Of a stretch of DNA of 64,000 nt, positions 49,955 through 64,000 are shown piece by piece; position 1 is the first letter of the stretch; the number at the start of each line of letters is the position of its first letter. Both the position numbers and the translations under genes were made by a program. The stretch lies in assembly GCF_006345805.1 (NCBI RefSeq), contig NC_043008.1, positions 23,932,001-23,996,000 of the forward strand, read 5' to 3'. Source of the stretch: Octopus sinensis. Its lineage: Eukaryota. The notes under the pieces were generated by a model. The model was not told the origin of the DNA, did not search any database, and was given only the letters and a program-made list of their open reading frames with translations.

Positions 49955-50415
49955 TAAAAGATCAGACAAAAAGGGTGTGTTTATTAATTGACATGAGTAT
50001 TCCTTGCGATCACAATATAGCGGCGAAATAATTTGACAAGAACAGTAAATATAAAGACTTGCTAATAGAAATTGAAAAATGTGGCATCTCAAGGCGACTA
50101 CAGCACCAGTGATTGTATTATCTCTAGGAATGATAAAAACAAAGGTACTGAAGCCTATTTGAAAATGACACCAGGTTTACCATCCCTGCAAGAAGTACAA
50201 AAAATCGTGTTAACTGGAACACTCGTGTACTGAGAAGAGCATTATCGCTGTGAAAACAACATCCATTCATGAATTTATTTGTTTATTGATTTTTTTAAAT
50301 ACATATTTTACCTGTAAATTTGCGTGTGTAATCTGGGAATGCATACAATGAACTTCTCTGCCCTAGGTGTACGGAAAACACTCGGCAAGAAGCGAAAGAA
50401 AATTTGAAGTAAGAA
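49955..50415 (+). mobile_element. Dong/R4 family A 3' fragment
   Basis: Matches 26575-27050 (RLE C-terminus and 3' UTR). Confidence 0.8.
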
Positions 50416-50444
50416 GGGGGTAAAAAATGATAATGATAATGATA

Positions 50445-52575
50445 ATTTTTTTTATTGGCCACAAGGGTCGAACCCAAAACGAAAAGGACAATACCAAGGA
50501 AAAAGTTTAGCACAACATTCGTGTCTTACATAAAGTGAAACAATAACAACAGACAGAATTCCTTTAAAGGAAAGAGGAGTTCATCCCAGACACAATCAAA
50601 GAACCCCACACATCCTGGTCACCCCGACCGTCAAGGCCATCTCAGGCAGACACCTCACTCCTTCTCAACTACTCCGACTTACAAGCGTATGTTCAGAGAA
50701 GGTCCTTTCAAACGGGCCATCCTCGCCATATTCACTCACATTTCAATAGAAATACTGGTGTAGGCAATACTTCCCTCTCTACCCTCACTTTCCTTTTCAA
50801 ATGAAACTTGAAAAAGTCGATGAGAGATTGGTCGAAAATGAAAGTATCTGTTTTCAATCCTCTCAGCCTCGTCCATCACACTACCACAAGCAGCAGGGGG
50901 AATCCTCGCGATGGACTCGGCTGATAACCGGATTCATCCTACAAGCGTCAACATCTGTTAAACAAGTTTCCACAAGTCAGCAATGTCCGGACACTAGACG
51001 AGTGCATGCTCAACGGTTTCAGCCCTCTGCCATACATCTCGGTCTAGTCTGTCTGACAGCACTTCCGTGCCTGTAGAGTTTGTCTCGAACCAGTAGAGCC
51101 TCCCGGTAAAACTGCAAGACTAGGGATTTCTGGCTCGAAATCCTTCGGAACAGACCAGCTAATCGACCTCTCCCGAAGCTCAGAGTTTTTCCGAAAATGC
51201 TGCATCCAGGACTGCAACTCTGTCAATGAGTTGAGCTGCGTAAAATCCTGTCTAATAAAGGGTGCCACACCTCACTGTTAAGGAAGCACTGGAAATGTTG
51301 CAAGCTCAGTACACGCCTTCTAATCAACGACTGCTGACAGTAGATGGGCCGTCTGAGGAGCGAAAAATGTCCCTTCCACAGAAAGCGGAAAAGCGAGTAC
51401 TCCAGCTTAATCAAACACGAAGGAGGGCAATGGACGACGGTCAGGCGAAGTAGCTGACGGAAGCGATGTATGCATTCGTCATTTCCGTCCGACCCTTCGG
51501 AGACAGCTTCGTCTCTGGCCATTTCTAGGTGAAATTTCTCACTCTGTTCCTCACCTCCCTCCACCCAGTCCTTATCCAAGCATTTTAACCGTCCATCACC
51601 ATACGACACCGTCGATCAGCAGGGACCTGCCTCTTTAAGTACCGAGCTGCAGGCTCACCGACTTCTCCTCTATGTCACAGCTTCGCACTGCCTTAGCGAT
51701 GTGCCGATCAGCTCAATTTCCGAAATGTTTGACACTATTACAGTGATGTTGCCCGCATAAGTTAATACGAACCTTCCGCGTTCAAGTTCACTCGGCATGC
51801 CATTCAAAACACCTAACTTCCGTGCAATGGCTCTAGAGCCAACACGTACAGAAAGGATGAGAGCGGACATACTTGACGGACCCAACATTAGATGCTAAAC
51901 GATTCCGATAGGTAGCCATTTATTTTGGCCACCGAACAGATATCGTTGTACGTTGCAGCAATCCAACCTCTGAAAACAGGATGGAAACAGGCCGCCTCCA
52001 ATACTTGGAGGCTGACCCAATCAAGGCGACGAGCTGGCAGAAACGTTAGCATGACAGGCGAAATGCTTAGCGGTATTTCGTCTGCCGCTACGTTCTGAGT
52101 TCAAATTCCGCCGAGGTTGATTTTGCCTTTCATTCTTTCGGGGTCGATTAAATAAGTACCAGTTACGCACTGGGGTCGATAAAATCGACTTAATCCGTTT
52201 GTCTGTCCTTGTTTGTCCTCTCTGTGTTTAACCCCTTGTGATTAGTAAAGAAATAGGTTGACCCAATCAAAAGCTTTTGTTTGATCCAATTTGACCAGGG
52301 TCCAGCTCATTCCAGCTTCTTACCTACACTCTCTAAAATGTAACGCACAAGGTAGTGCTTTTCGTGGACAGATCCTTTGAGATGTCTACGCGTCTCTGAC
52401 CTGCTAATCAACGGCAAGTACCAACGTCTTGGCTAACACTTTGGCAAAAATCTTGTAATCTGCGTTCTGCAGAGTTATAGGCATAAATTTCTCGTTTCGG
52501 TCCCCTTATTCGGATCCTTTCTCAGCAACACTACCATATCACCATTCACAGAACTGGGAATTCTTACTTTCTGTT
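50445..52575 (-). mobile_element. Tx1/L1-clade LINE 3' portion, degenerate
   Basis: RT remnants (ITLQNADYKIFAK, YAGNITV, LFRFLWKG); tail CCCTTGTGGCCAATAAAA; interrupted by a SINE. Confidence 0.75.
52025..52258 (+). mobile_element. SINE family 2, full-length, with a 12-bp TSD
   Basis: TSD TGACCCAATCAA at 52013-52024 and 52259-52270; B box GAGTTCAAATTCC. Confidence 0.88.
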
Positions 52576-52867
52576 GATATCCAACAAGTGTTCATGTTCG
52601 GAAGTAGCTAAGTTAACAAGCATTTGATTACTTTGGAGTTGTTTTAAAAGTAAAATTGCCATTTATGTGGGAATTGCCTAATTAATAACGATGCGTATAA
52701 TATACTTTCAATACTCTTAGCACTGTAATTTTATACATAGCTTTAACAGCGAATAGATTTAAGTTAAGCTGTCTTGCATACATTCACTGTTAGCGATTTC
52801 TTTTCCGTCTTTGAACTTTCCATTTCTTTCCGGCAAAGTGCTATGCTCGAGACATCAAACTTTCCCT

Positions 52868-53022
<155 letters not shown>

Positions 53023-53363
53023 ATAAAATAACGATTCAGATAGAATCAGGTACTTGAAAAGATATGCACCAAGTAGAGTTAGACAACCTGTGGTTTCGGC
53101 CTATGATTAATAAGTATCAAATAGGATATTCAGGTTGTGTATACAGAAAACCAAACCCTTAAGTATTTAGCGCCTAGGTGCTAGTCCAAAGTACGTGTGA
53201 CATTGAATTGTATGTTGTTGGTATACTCTAGGGTGTCCGACAAGTCGTAAGTCCCCTTGGTGTATTATAATCAAATGAATAATAATAGACGTTGGATAAT
53301 TGTCAGCTCATGAGCTGACAATTGTCCATCGTCTGATACTATTCATTTGATTATATATATATA

Positions 53364-53427
<64 letters not shown>

Positions 53428-54431
53428 CAAGAGAAAAAAATGATTCACGAAAAAATAATTGTATGTTGCTAAGTTTATTTCTAGATCAATAGTCAATGAA
53501 GAAAGTTCCAAGACACCTTCATTGAAACATCAGCAGTGTAGCTATGCATAGATGTGTGTAAGTGCAAGTATTTGGAGTCAGTCTATGCGCAAATCTGTAT
53601 GTTTAGTTTTATGTACATTGCATGTCTAGACATGCGCACATGTACTTATATGCAAAACTTTTGTTATGTTTTACATATTTTGCCATTTCTATTGATGGTT
53701 TGTATCGGTAATCTTCTAATTAGCTTTCTCGTTTCTGATTTTGAGAACCCTGATTTCTCAAAATTGGTGCTAAGGCAATGTTGCATATTCTAGTGACCCA
53801 ACAGTTACGGGTAATAATCTGAATTTGTAATCCGAGTGGAGTAACTGAAAATCTATCAATACTTTAGCGTAGGTGCTTTTTTCGCGGAACTTTAGCTTTA
53901 TGCTGACATCCACTGAGCAACTTATTTCCACTGCTCTTCACTGTCCCAAATCATTAATATTTGGTTTATTATTGAAGATTTCAGAGATAGTGCACCAGTA
54001 AACTTTCATATTATGAGTGATTATGGTCCCTACGACACTGTTTTCTCTGGATTATCCTTTCGACGTAGCACATTGTACAGTGTCATGCCCACAAACTATA
54101 TCTCATTGGTAGATAACACGGTGACATTTTCGACAAATTCTTATAATGCAGATAGTGTTTTCTGTGTTAAGTGCCCAAAGTCTACATTAGTTATCATATT
54201 TTGGGGCTTTTATTGAATCCATGTCCATTTTTTGTATCATGAACTTAGTTACTATTTCCTGTTCTGGGATTACATGCGCTTACCCTTCAAACTGAGAGTT
54301 AGTGGTCCGGTTATTATTCTACGATAGACTGCATTAAGAATGTTGCTGTCATCTTTCTGCTAACATACCACGCATAGCCACCTGCTGATATGCATTCAGC
54401 CTCTCATCTGATGATATGTTGCGACAGAGTA

Positions 54432-54855
<424 letters not shown>

Positions 54856-57800
54856 ATCTAAAATTGGTCGTCATACAGTAAAAAGAGAGATTCGCAACAA
54901 AGTGCGACCACCGCTACTGGGTTTTACCTTTTATTTATTTTCTTCGTTAACCAATAAATGTTCTTCGGAAGAATTTGAACGACATAGTATCCTGTTAGCC
55001 TATTCAGCCGAAGTAACACCACCGTTGTTTTATCGATATTGATTCTTTGTGTACGAGGGAAGTGAGGTTGTGTGAATGGTATAAGTTAGTTTCAACCAGA
55101 AACTGAAATTGGTTTCAAGTATGTTTGGTATGAAATGCCAGTTACTTATGAAGTTTAATTTTTGTATGAAAGTAAAGTCGATTAAAACTAGTATGTTACT
55201 GATATTATTTTAACAACTCCGAATGGATAAAGGTACATTCACTAGTTTGAGCTCAGATTGTAAAAGTATAAAACTGAACACTGCAGAGCGTTTAATACGT
55301 TTCTCTTACTAACAATTCACTCTCAATTAATACTTATAAAAATATTATCTATAAAACTGTATTTATTTGTCAGTGTTTGAAAAATAACTCAAGTATATTT
55401 AGATCATGAAATAAATTTATTGTATATCAAACAATGCAGTGTAAAAAATATCATGTGGAAAACAGGAATAATCCATTGTCTGATCCGAGACAATTCCAAA
55501 TGAAAAGCCTCCAATATAATCCAGTTTTCTTTTCCTCCTTTAAATAGATATATTGATTCGGGAAGCTAACATTTAAACAAAGCAGAATAAAATATTTACC
55601 ATGCAAAGAAAAATGTTACAGAAATCATTTTAAGACCATTTTCTTTTTTTTTTTCTTTTTTACCAGAGTATAATACGACGTTTGACTCCAAATTTAATTC
55701 AAGGTAATTTTTATATCATTAACAATTTATTTTTATTACTTTTTATTGCTTTGCTACGTTGGATTTTACTTGTCTTATTGCTTTCTTTATATTTGTTTAT
55801 TATCGATATTATCGAGCTGGCTTTGCCAACAAAAGTTTCGTTTTTACACTCTCTTCAATTTCTGATATATTTGTGATAGAATAATAAAGGAATACTTCTG
55901 AGACTGAGAAACAACGAAACAATACAAAATGAATAAACCTATAAGTATACAGATCTATAATTATTGCATAGAAATATGGAAAAAAAGTATAATTAGTATG
56001 CAATCAATCTCATTTTAAAGGGCGTATTGATGACATTTTATAATGATAAAATTTCATCATCTAGACCCCTTCGTATAATTCCAACAATAGTTTTCTTTAA
56101 TTCTACCAAAGACACTTTCTACAATTCTAATCATACAGCTGACATATTAACTAACAAAGAAGTAGCCTCTGTTATTCTGTGTGATTTTCACTGCACCCCC
56201 ACAAAATGTCCTCTTCAATATATCTTATGTTTACTCTAAATTCGCATCATACTCTTCTTGCTTAAATAATTTTGCCTTAGATTTCCTTTGTAAGTTTATC
56301 CTCCTATATATAACTATTAGACTATCATTTACTGTTTAATGAAGTTATGGATTTGATTTTATAATGAGTATATTCAAAAATTGCCAAACTGGTTCCTGAA
56401 CATACCTATCAAATTATCTCAAGCACAAGAACATATATGTGGTTGCTGGCTTTCTAAAAGTTACACAGAAATGTTTTTAAAAGGCAACATATATATCGAA
56501 TACAGAATTTTTTATATATATTTTGATGCTCTATGCCTTAAATTATAATGGCCATGGGTGGAATGCACTTGATCACAACCATCTTAATCAGGGCTAACAT
56601 TGGATAAAGCAACTACCTACATTGAACCGACCATATAGATGTTAGCAGATTTTAATCACCCACCGTGTTTCTAAGTACCAGCTCATTTACGTTAGGTTCA
56701 ACGTATTGCGATTAAGGATCATCTAACTTGCATCTCTAAATCTATTGTTGGTATGGAAATTCGACATAAAACAATCAAACTTTATTACATTTACAAGAAG
56801 CAGACATCACTCTGTTTCAAAGCTAATTGCCCGAACAAACTCTTGATCAGCATGCCATCTCATATAGGCGTTTTATGTTTATTTAACATTTTCTGCTTCA
56901 AAAAACAGTTATAAACAGATTCCATAAAAGTTTGACTTTCCACAATAATTAAAAACGGAAGATCGTACAAGTCAAGAAAGTAATTTTTAACATGCAGTTA
57001 AAGAATCAAATGCTAACAGAAATATACATTGTTGAGACATATTTCGGGAATTAATAAGATATGTTGAAGGTTCGGGTTTACTATATTTTTTTAATAAGCA
57101 ATATTATTACATTTCTATAATTAAATTTACATCAAGGTGGTGAGCTGGTAGAATCGTTAGCTCATCGGACTAAATGGTTAAATGGCGTTTCTGTTGGTTC
57201 TTTATGTTCTGAGCTCAAATACAGAACCTATATGTTTTATTCGATATTGTTTTGTTCATGTAAATCATCATTTAATATTTAACTACTGAACAAGCGTGAA
57301 ATTAGAGTTACCTTTATTAAATGAAACATTCTTGATATTAGTCTCATGCTCGCGAGGAAGTTAGGAACGTCATTGTTTTGTAACTCAGTGAAAAATCCTT
57401 GTACGCAACGGTTAGTGAAACAAAGGGCCAGTTGGTACTGCCCATGCTTCTTATAATGGTTAGTTATACTTTACCGTGGTACATATTTACAGTTGAGTGG
57501 ACTGTCTAAAAGAAAACGACTTTTTAGCAATTCTAAATATCTCAGAGGTGAGATACGAACTAATACCGCTGGCCCAGTAGGCTGGTATTCCATCGAAACG
57601 GCCACATTTAGACACGAATACTATGCATAATTGAGGTTAATGTAAATTTCATTAGGTCTTTTTTTTATTCTCCGAGGAGAGAATCTTAAAAAACTGATAA
57701 ATTCTAAGAATAACAAAGAATACAGAGGACAATAAACGAAACAGAGGATAATCACGTTGTTTAATTTAGGCGTTTCGTAATAAACTCGATGATAATTCCA

Positions 57801-58249
57801 AATATTGTATAATAAACTCAAATATTGTTGTATAATAAACTTCAAATATGACCTTGTTTAAATTTAAATATTAAATGCTTTACCGATTGCTGTGAGAAGT
57901 ATTAAGTTCTATAATTAACAGATAATTGAAACATAACTAAACATTTTGTACAGTGTCTAAGAGTGGCCAGATGGAGACTATTTTTCTCTGAGATATACCT
58001 ATATAAGGGCGTAGAAAGAGCATTGAATTTTGTTTTCTTGTTTCTTTTTCTTGCGTTGTTGGTGTTGTGGTAGTGTTGATTGTTCCTGCGTCCATCTGTA
58101 TATAATTGCTGAGCAACTTCGTATCTGTTTCCCTTTTGCTGCTACCACTTTTATATCATTTTACTTGTAACGGTTTTGGTGTTGATGGCAGCGATTATTT
58201 GAAGTCCTCGTCTCTTTTATCTCGACCATTTGGTAGAACGCTTTTAGAC

Positions 58250-58884
58250 ATTATTTACAATTGACGGATATTTGTCCTCATCTTGTTTGCTGTTAAGACA
58301 ACGTTTCGACTGATATACTCTCCAGCCTTCATCAGGTGTCTTGGGGAAATTTCGAACCTGGGTTCTCATTCCTAAGGTATTTTTCGATGTTGTTGTTGTT
58401 ATAATTATTATTATTCAGCTCACTACCTGGAATCGAACTCGGAATCTTGGAGTTAGTAACCCGTGCTCTTAACTACAACGCCATATGCCCGTGGGCAATT
58501 ACAATTATGGAATGAATTTTAGAGCTTATAAATCTAATATTCTCCTATCCTTCCTTAATACCGGTTCCCATATGCTGTTCATATCTGCACTCGGTCTACT
58601 TAGGAGGTTGTTGGGTCCTAGCATATGTGCTGCTTTTTTTAGTTTTCGTATTTTCCAGTGGTGTTCTCTGTCTATTATTTTAACTTCATCTCACAGGGGG
58701 AGGTGGTCTCCATTTTTCCATATATGATCAGCAATACCCGATTTATCAATATCTCCCCGTGTCACAGCTTTGCGATGTTCGTCTACCCTTATTTTGACAG
58801 GGCAACATGTTTTGACTTTGTATAACCTACCACAGCTGCATGGTGGTTTTACTTGAAGGAGATATTTGCGAAGTGTTGTATTAT
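58250..58884 (-). mobile_element. Penelope-like 3' fragment, same family as 44158-44832
   Basis: GIY-YIG remnant, tRNA-like module at 58414-58490, HHR at 58295-58342. Confidence 0.8.
58295..58342 (-). ncRNA. Minimal type I hammerhead ribozyme
   Basis: AAGACAC-CUGAUGAA-GGCUG-[loop]-CAGUC-GAAAC-GUU|GUCUU; stem I is imperfect in this copy. Confidence 0.65.
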
Positions 58885-58955
58885 ATGGTGTAGAGGTTAA
58901 GAGCGTGGAATACTAACCCCAAGATTCCGAGTTCGATTCCAGGCAGTGACCTGAA
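58885..58955 (+). promoter_or_regulatory. tRNA-like Pol III module (A/B boxes), left part of the inverted PLE terminal repeat
   Basis: TGGTGTAGAGG ... GAGTTCGATTCC; inverted homolog of 58414-58485. Confidence 0.6.
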
Positions 58956-58984
58956 TAATAATAATAATAATAATAGTAATAGTA

Positions 58985-59026
<42 letters not shown>

Positions 59027-59035
59027 GTAATAGTA

Positions 59036-59093
<58 letters not shown>

Positions 59094-59095
<2 letters not shown>

Positions 59096-59357
59096 GAAAA
59101 ATGACAGAAACATCTAACGTTTACCTCGACCAGCAAAATGCCATAAAAGAGCTAGGGGTAATTGAAGGGGATGGAATAAGGCATTCAGTGATGAAGGAAA
59201 AGATCAGGAGAAAATGTTATCGCAGAGTAAGAGCAATACTCAAGATAGAGCTGAATGCGAGAAACAGGATCGAAGCGATCAATGCTTTAGCCATACCAGT
59301 CGTGACTTACAGTTTCAATATCGTTAACTGGTCAATTACTGAAATATGTAATCGTGA
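59094..59357 (+). mobile_element. Dong/R4 family C short fragment
   Basis: MKEKIRRKCYRRVRAILK..AINALAIPVVTYSF; homologous to 60362-60620. Confidence 0.8.
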
Positions 59358-59739
<382 letters not shown>

Positions 59740-59741
<2 letters not shown>

Positions 59742-60295
59742 GCCCTGATGCAGTACCAGGCAGTGACTCTCATGGCTTCTGATCTTAACCGATTGGAAGT
59801 GCTATCATGTACATTGTTTTGTCTTGGTATAAAAGATGGGCTACAGCAAATATTCTGCTCAATACCACAGATTTGCTTGTCAGTTGTTTGACCTTAACCA
59901 GTTGAGCATGTCCCTTAGTGGCTGACGATATGTGCATCTCTGATCACGAGCAGAAGTAGTGGGGGAGCATCATAGCCATGTGTTGAGAGGGATTCTTTGG
60001 GGTTTGAATAGTTCACCTCTGGAAACATGGGTGGTTCTTTCAACATCCTTAAACAACCCTTATTCAGGGACCGTTTGAGCGGGATGGGCTACTCAACCTG
60101 AAGAAAATTCTAACGGGGCCCCACCTGCAAGGTCATGTGCTGTTTATCTTGATATGAGATCACCATGTCGCGCACATATGGTTGTGATGCATGTGCCTGG
60201 TGTACCTTTATCAGACGGGTAGTCATGATGGGTATATTGGGCTTCGTATATTTTACCCCAGTGTCACTGTGATGGCATGAACTGCTCTCTCACTC

Positions 60296-60297
<2 letters not shown>
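59740..60297. mobile_element. Second copy of the unclassified (AAT)n-embedded repeat
   Basis: Co-terminal with 16897-17425. Confidence 0.75.
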
Positions 60298-60361
<64 letters not shown>

Positions 60362-60362
<1 letters not shown>

Positions 60363-61935
60363 GGAAAATGACAGAAACATCTAACGTTTACCTCGACCAG
60401 CAGAATGCCATAAAAGAGCTACAAGTACCTAGGGATAATTGAAGGGGATGGAATAAGGCATTCAGCGATGAAGGAAAGGATCAAGAGAGAATGTTATCGC
60501 ATAGTAAGAGCAATATTCAAGACAGAGCTGAATGCGAGAAACAGGATCGAAGCGATCAATACCAGTCATGACTTACAGTTTCAATATCGTTAACTGGTCA
60601 ATTACTGAAATATGTAATCTTGACAGAAAAATACGAAAACTGTCGACAATGCATAGAATGCACCACCCTAAGGCAGATATAGAACGACTTTATCTGCCAA
60701 GAAAAGAGGGAGGCCGTGGACTTTTACAACTGGCAATAACAATGAAGATTGCTACTATTGGTCTAGACACCTACCTGAAAAACTCTGAGGACTGGATGTT
60801 AAAACTTGTCTCAAAACATGAAAACAAGAAAGCATCATACTCAGTAACAAGACAGGCAAAAGAATATCTAAGTGAATTCCGAATACAACACATTTCAGAA
60901 TTAGAGATAGACATACAAGAAACAAGCACAGAAAAAGCTAAGCGCATGAAAACTCGTGCTAAAACTGCGGCCTTAGATATTCTGAATGATAAATGGCAAG
61001 AAAAACCTCTCTATGGCAAATACCCAAAGAGAGCGAATAATGCAGATGTTGACAAAGCCCTGATCCATCAATGGCTAATGGCCTCTGGCTTAAAATCTGA
61101 AACAGAAGGGTTTATCATAGCAGCTCAAGATCAATGCCCACCTACAAGGAACTACCAGGCCAACGTATTAAAGAACGGCAGTAGCCCAACATGTCGTGTA
61201 TGTCAACAACAAAATGAACCCATTGATCATGTTGCCTCCAAATGCAGTCTTCTAGTGCCTACAGAGTATCTCAACAGGCATGATAGAGCTGCACAATATA
61301 TTCACTGGGTAATTTGCAAAAGCCTGGACTTGCCCCATGATAAAAACTGGTGGGAACACAAACCACCTCCAGTGCTTGAAAATGACCACATCTCACTCCT
61401 CTGGAACTTCACCATTCAAACTGACAGAAAGATAGATGCAAATAGGCCAGACATCATAGTAAAAGACTTCAAACAAAAAACATGCTTCCTCATTGATATG
61501 ACTGTCCCAATCGATATAAACGTATCTGTCAAGACCTACCAGAAAGTGAGCAAATATAAAAATCTGGAAATAGAAATCAGCAAAATGTGGAAGCTGAAGA
61601 CTAAAACAATACCTGTTGTCATAGGTGCCCTGGGAATGATAGCAAAAGGGGCTGATTGCTACCTAACTCAGATACCAAGAAACCAAAAGATGGCAGAAAT
61701 TCAAAAGATAGTGCTCATGGGAACTGCTTCATATCCTACGCAAAATACTTTCTATGTAATCTCAAGTTTTAAAACAAACATAATTTTCGTATGTTTTTTT
61801 TAGGCATTCACTAGTACAACACTAAGTATAAAACCAAATATATGGCACACTAGAAGAACTTCCAACTTGTTGTCTCTTGAGGTCTCTGGGTGAGACTTGG
61901 AGCCAGCTTGTGCAAATGTAAAGCAAAAGTCAAAC

Positions 61936-61937
<2 letters not shown>
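60362..61937 (+). mobile_element. Dong/R4 family C, 5'-truncated
   Basis: ORF 60532-61803 with MHHPKADIERLY, EGFIIAAQDQ, CRVC..H...C, RHD, RPDII..IDMT; (AAT)n flanks. Confidence 0.9.
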
Positions 61938-61977
<40 letters not shown>

Positions 61978-61978
<1 letters not shown>

Positions 61979-62145
61979 CGAAAATACCACAGGAATGAGA
62001 ACCCAGGTTCGAAATTACCCCAAGGCACCTGATGAAGGCTGGAGGGTATATCAGCCGAAACGTGTTAACAACAAACAAGATGAGGATAAATATCTGTCAA
62101 TTGTAAATAACGTAAATAATGTACATAATTCCTCATCTCTTAGAT
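61978..62145 (+). mobile_element. Right part of the inverted PLE terminal repeat with an HHR core (62024-62066)
   Basis: Reverse complement of 58250-58390; CTGATGAA-GGCTG..CAGCC-GAAAC; the cleavage triplet appears deleted. Confidence 0.75.
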
Positions 62146-62969
62146 ATAGAAAAATTGTAAGTTGTCTATTTTGCCACATTAGAAGTGTTTTGGCTTTCTC
62201 CCTTTGTATTTTCTCTCTCTCTTTGAACTGGAAGTGGTCTAGGATGGCAGTTGGATCCTCAGGTATGACCAACACCCACAACTTTAGATACATACCGTTA
62301 TATGATGCCGGAAAATTAACTTAAATGTTATAACTTCTACAAGTTCCACTACTATTGCTACCAATTTGGTCTAATCTGTGACGTTGCATTTTGATGGTCC
62401 ATGTCTTCGTCATCTATCTTCCCATCATGGGTTCCTTTCTAGGCTCTGATTGCTCTGATGTATCGCACGAGGTGGAGGTTGCTATGGGTAGACCTATTTG
62501 TCATGGTGCATATTTGCGCATCACCAATCAGACCAGTGACAAATTCCTTGCTAATACAGTTCAGGCATCCATTGCAAACTAAAACATTGTCCTCTGATGA
62601 TTACCTTTTATTATTATTGTTATGCAAACCATACTTCCTGCAAGCATTTTTCTACCTGTGCTAAAGTGAAATACTGAAACTTTAATTTTTCTTAATGAAT
62701 GTATAAGCAATAACATATTTACATCTATTTCTTTGCAGTCACTGCTTGTTATAGATATAACCAGAACTCTGATATCATTGTTGATGTTGGTAGTGATGGT
62801 GAAGATGATGAATGTGTCCTGATTGATTATTCTTCAATATCAGCAAGTTTATTTGAAGCAGACGACACTAAATTTTCCCCTCTTATAGTCACCATGACTA
62901 TAACACTCAAGAAGACACTTGAGACAGGGATCTCTCTTAATCTTTCTTTCTTTCTGTGTGTTTGTGTGA

Positions 62970-63025
<56 letters not shown>

Positions 63026-63049
63026 TCCTCTTTGTCTCCCTCTCCTTCT

Positions 63050-63990
63050 TTATTCCAGTTAAACTTTCTTTGCGCATTATCAACCACTACACGCCCAATC
63101 TTTCATTCAGCAGGGGTTTACTGCAAACGCATTTCTTCTACACAAAACTAAACGACAGGTGCTCTGGGCCGGCGAGACGTGATCTGGTGTAAGGCACGAT
63201 ACTCAGGTGGTAATATATAACGGAAGCGATGGAAGCGTTCCCCAACTCTGCTCGACCTCTTAGTGTTGGCTTTCTCTCGGCCCATTTCTGGATGATATCG
63301 GCCATTCTACTTGTCACCTCGGCATGAAGATGAAGCCGAAACAAGATGCCGAGTAATTTAACCGGTCCCTCTGTTCAGTGTCCCACGACATGGACCTGCC
63401 ACTCCAGATGCCCAGTTGCAGCTCTATTGACTTTTCTTGGATGACTTTCGCTTTCATCAGCACCTCTAATTCCCTTAGAGCAATGCCGATTACCTTGATG
63501 TGCTTGGTATCCGTCACTATCACGGTAACGTCTTCTACCTATGTTGAAATGGCTCTTCTGCATCATACCTCACGCGGGTTGTTTCTCAATGTCTCCAGTT
63601 TACGCAGTTATAGCTCTAGAGTTAGTACATACAGAAGAGACAAGGGACAACCATGACGGATCATGCGGGAGGGTTGCGATAGTTGACTATTCCCTCTAGC
63701 CATAGAACAGATTTTACTGTACACTGAGGCGATCCAAACGCAAAACACGGACCGAAACCGGCTGCAGTTAGGACAGACGTCAAGTTTTGGTGGCCTACCC
63801 TATCAACAGGTTCCCGAAGGATCTAAATTGATCAGTGCCCCACCCACGACGGGTTCCTCTCCTGCGCTCAAGGTGGAGGTTGCTGTGGTAGACCTATTTG
63901 TCATGGTGCATCACCAATCAGACAAGCGACAAATTCCTTGCTAATACCTTGGCCCAAGTTTTGGAGTTTGGATCTAGCAGATATATGGAC
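63050..63990 (-). mobile_element. Tx1/L1-clade RT fragment, with a related piece at ~62470-62560
   Basis: GALINLD, GCPLSLL, TYVEDVTVIV, LQLGIW, ASVIYYHL; homologous to 47500-48300. Confidence 0.7.
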
Positions 63991-64000
63991 CGAAAATGAT

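Noticed and set aside
58414-58955. Functional tRNA genes
   Set aside because: Acceptor stem pairing is poor and the sequences are embedded in a repeated PLE terminus. The SINE heads are likewise tRNA-derived, not tRNAs.

Overview
AT-rich animal genomic DNA made almost entirely of transposable elements and microsatellites. The repeat mix (Dong/R4 LINEs in (AAT)n, Penelope-like elements in (TA)n, tRNA-derived SINEs, Tx1/L1, CR1-group LINE, Tc1/mariner, Helitrons, MITEs) suggests an octopus/cephalopod genome; this is an inference. No host protein-coding gene is recognisable, and most short ORFs in the track are microsatellite or antisense artefacts. The best-preserved coding unit is a Dong/R4 element at 23150-27055: one ~1230-codon RT/RLE frame broken by a single nonsense codon. 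The most interesting signal is non-coding: about a dozen type I hammerhead ribozyme (HHR) motifs from several families. These include a hairpin-rich 352-bp non-coding unit in partial tandem with an intact HHR (4166-4680, a candidate retrozyme/circRNA), a similar 585-bp unit (1-699), and a Penelope terminal repeat that joins a tRNA-like Pol III head, an (AAT)n tract and an HHR. Coordinates were read by eye, so element boundaries are approximate.
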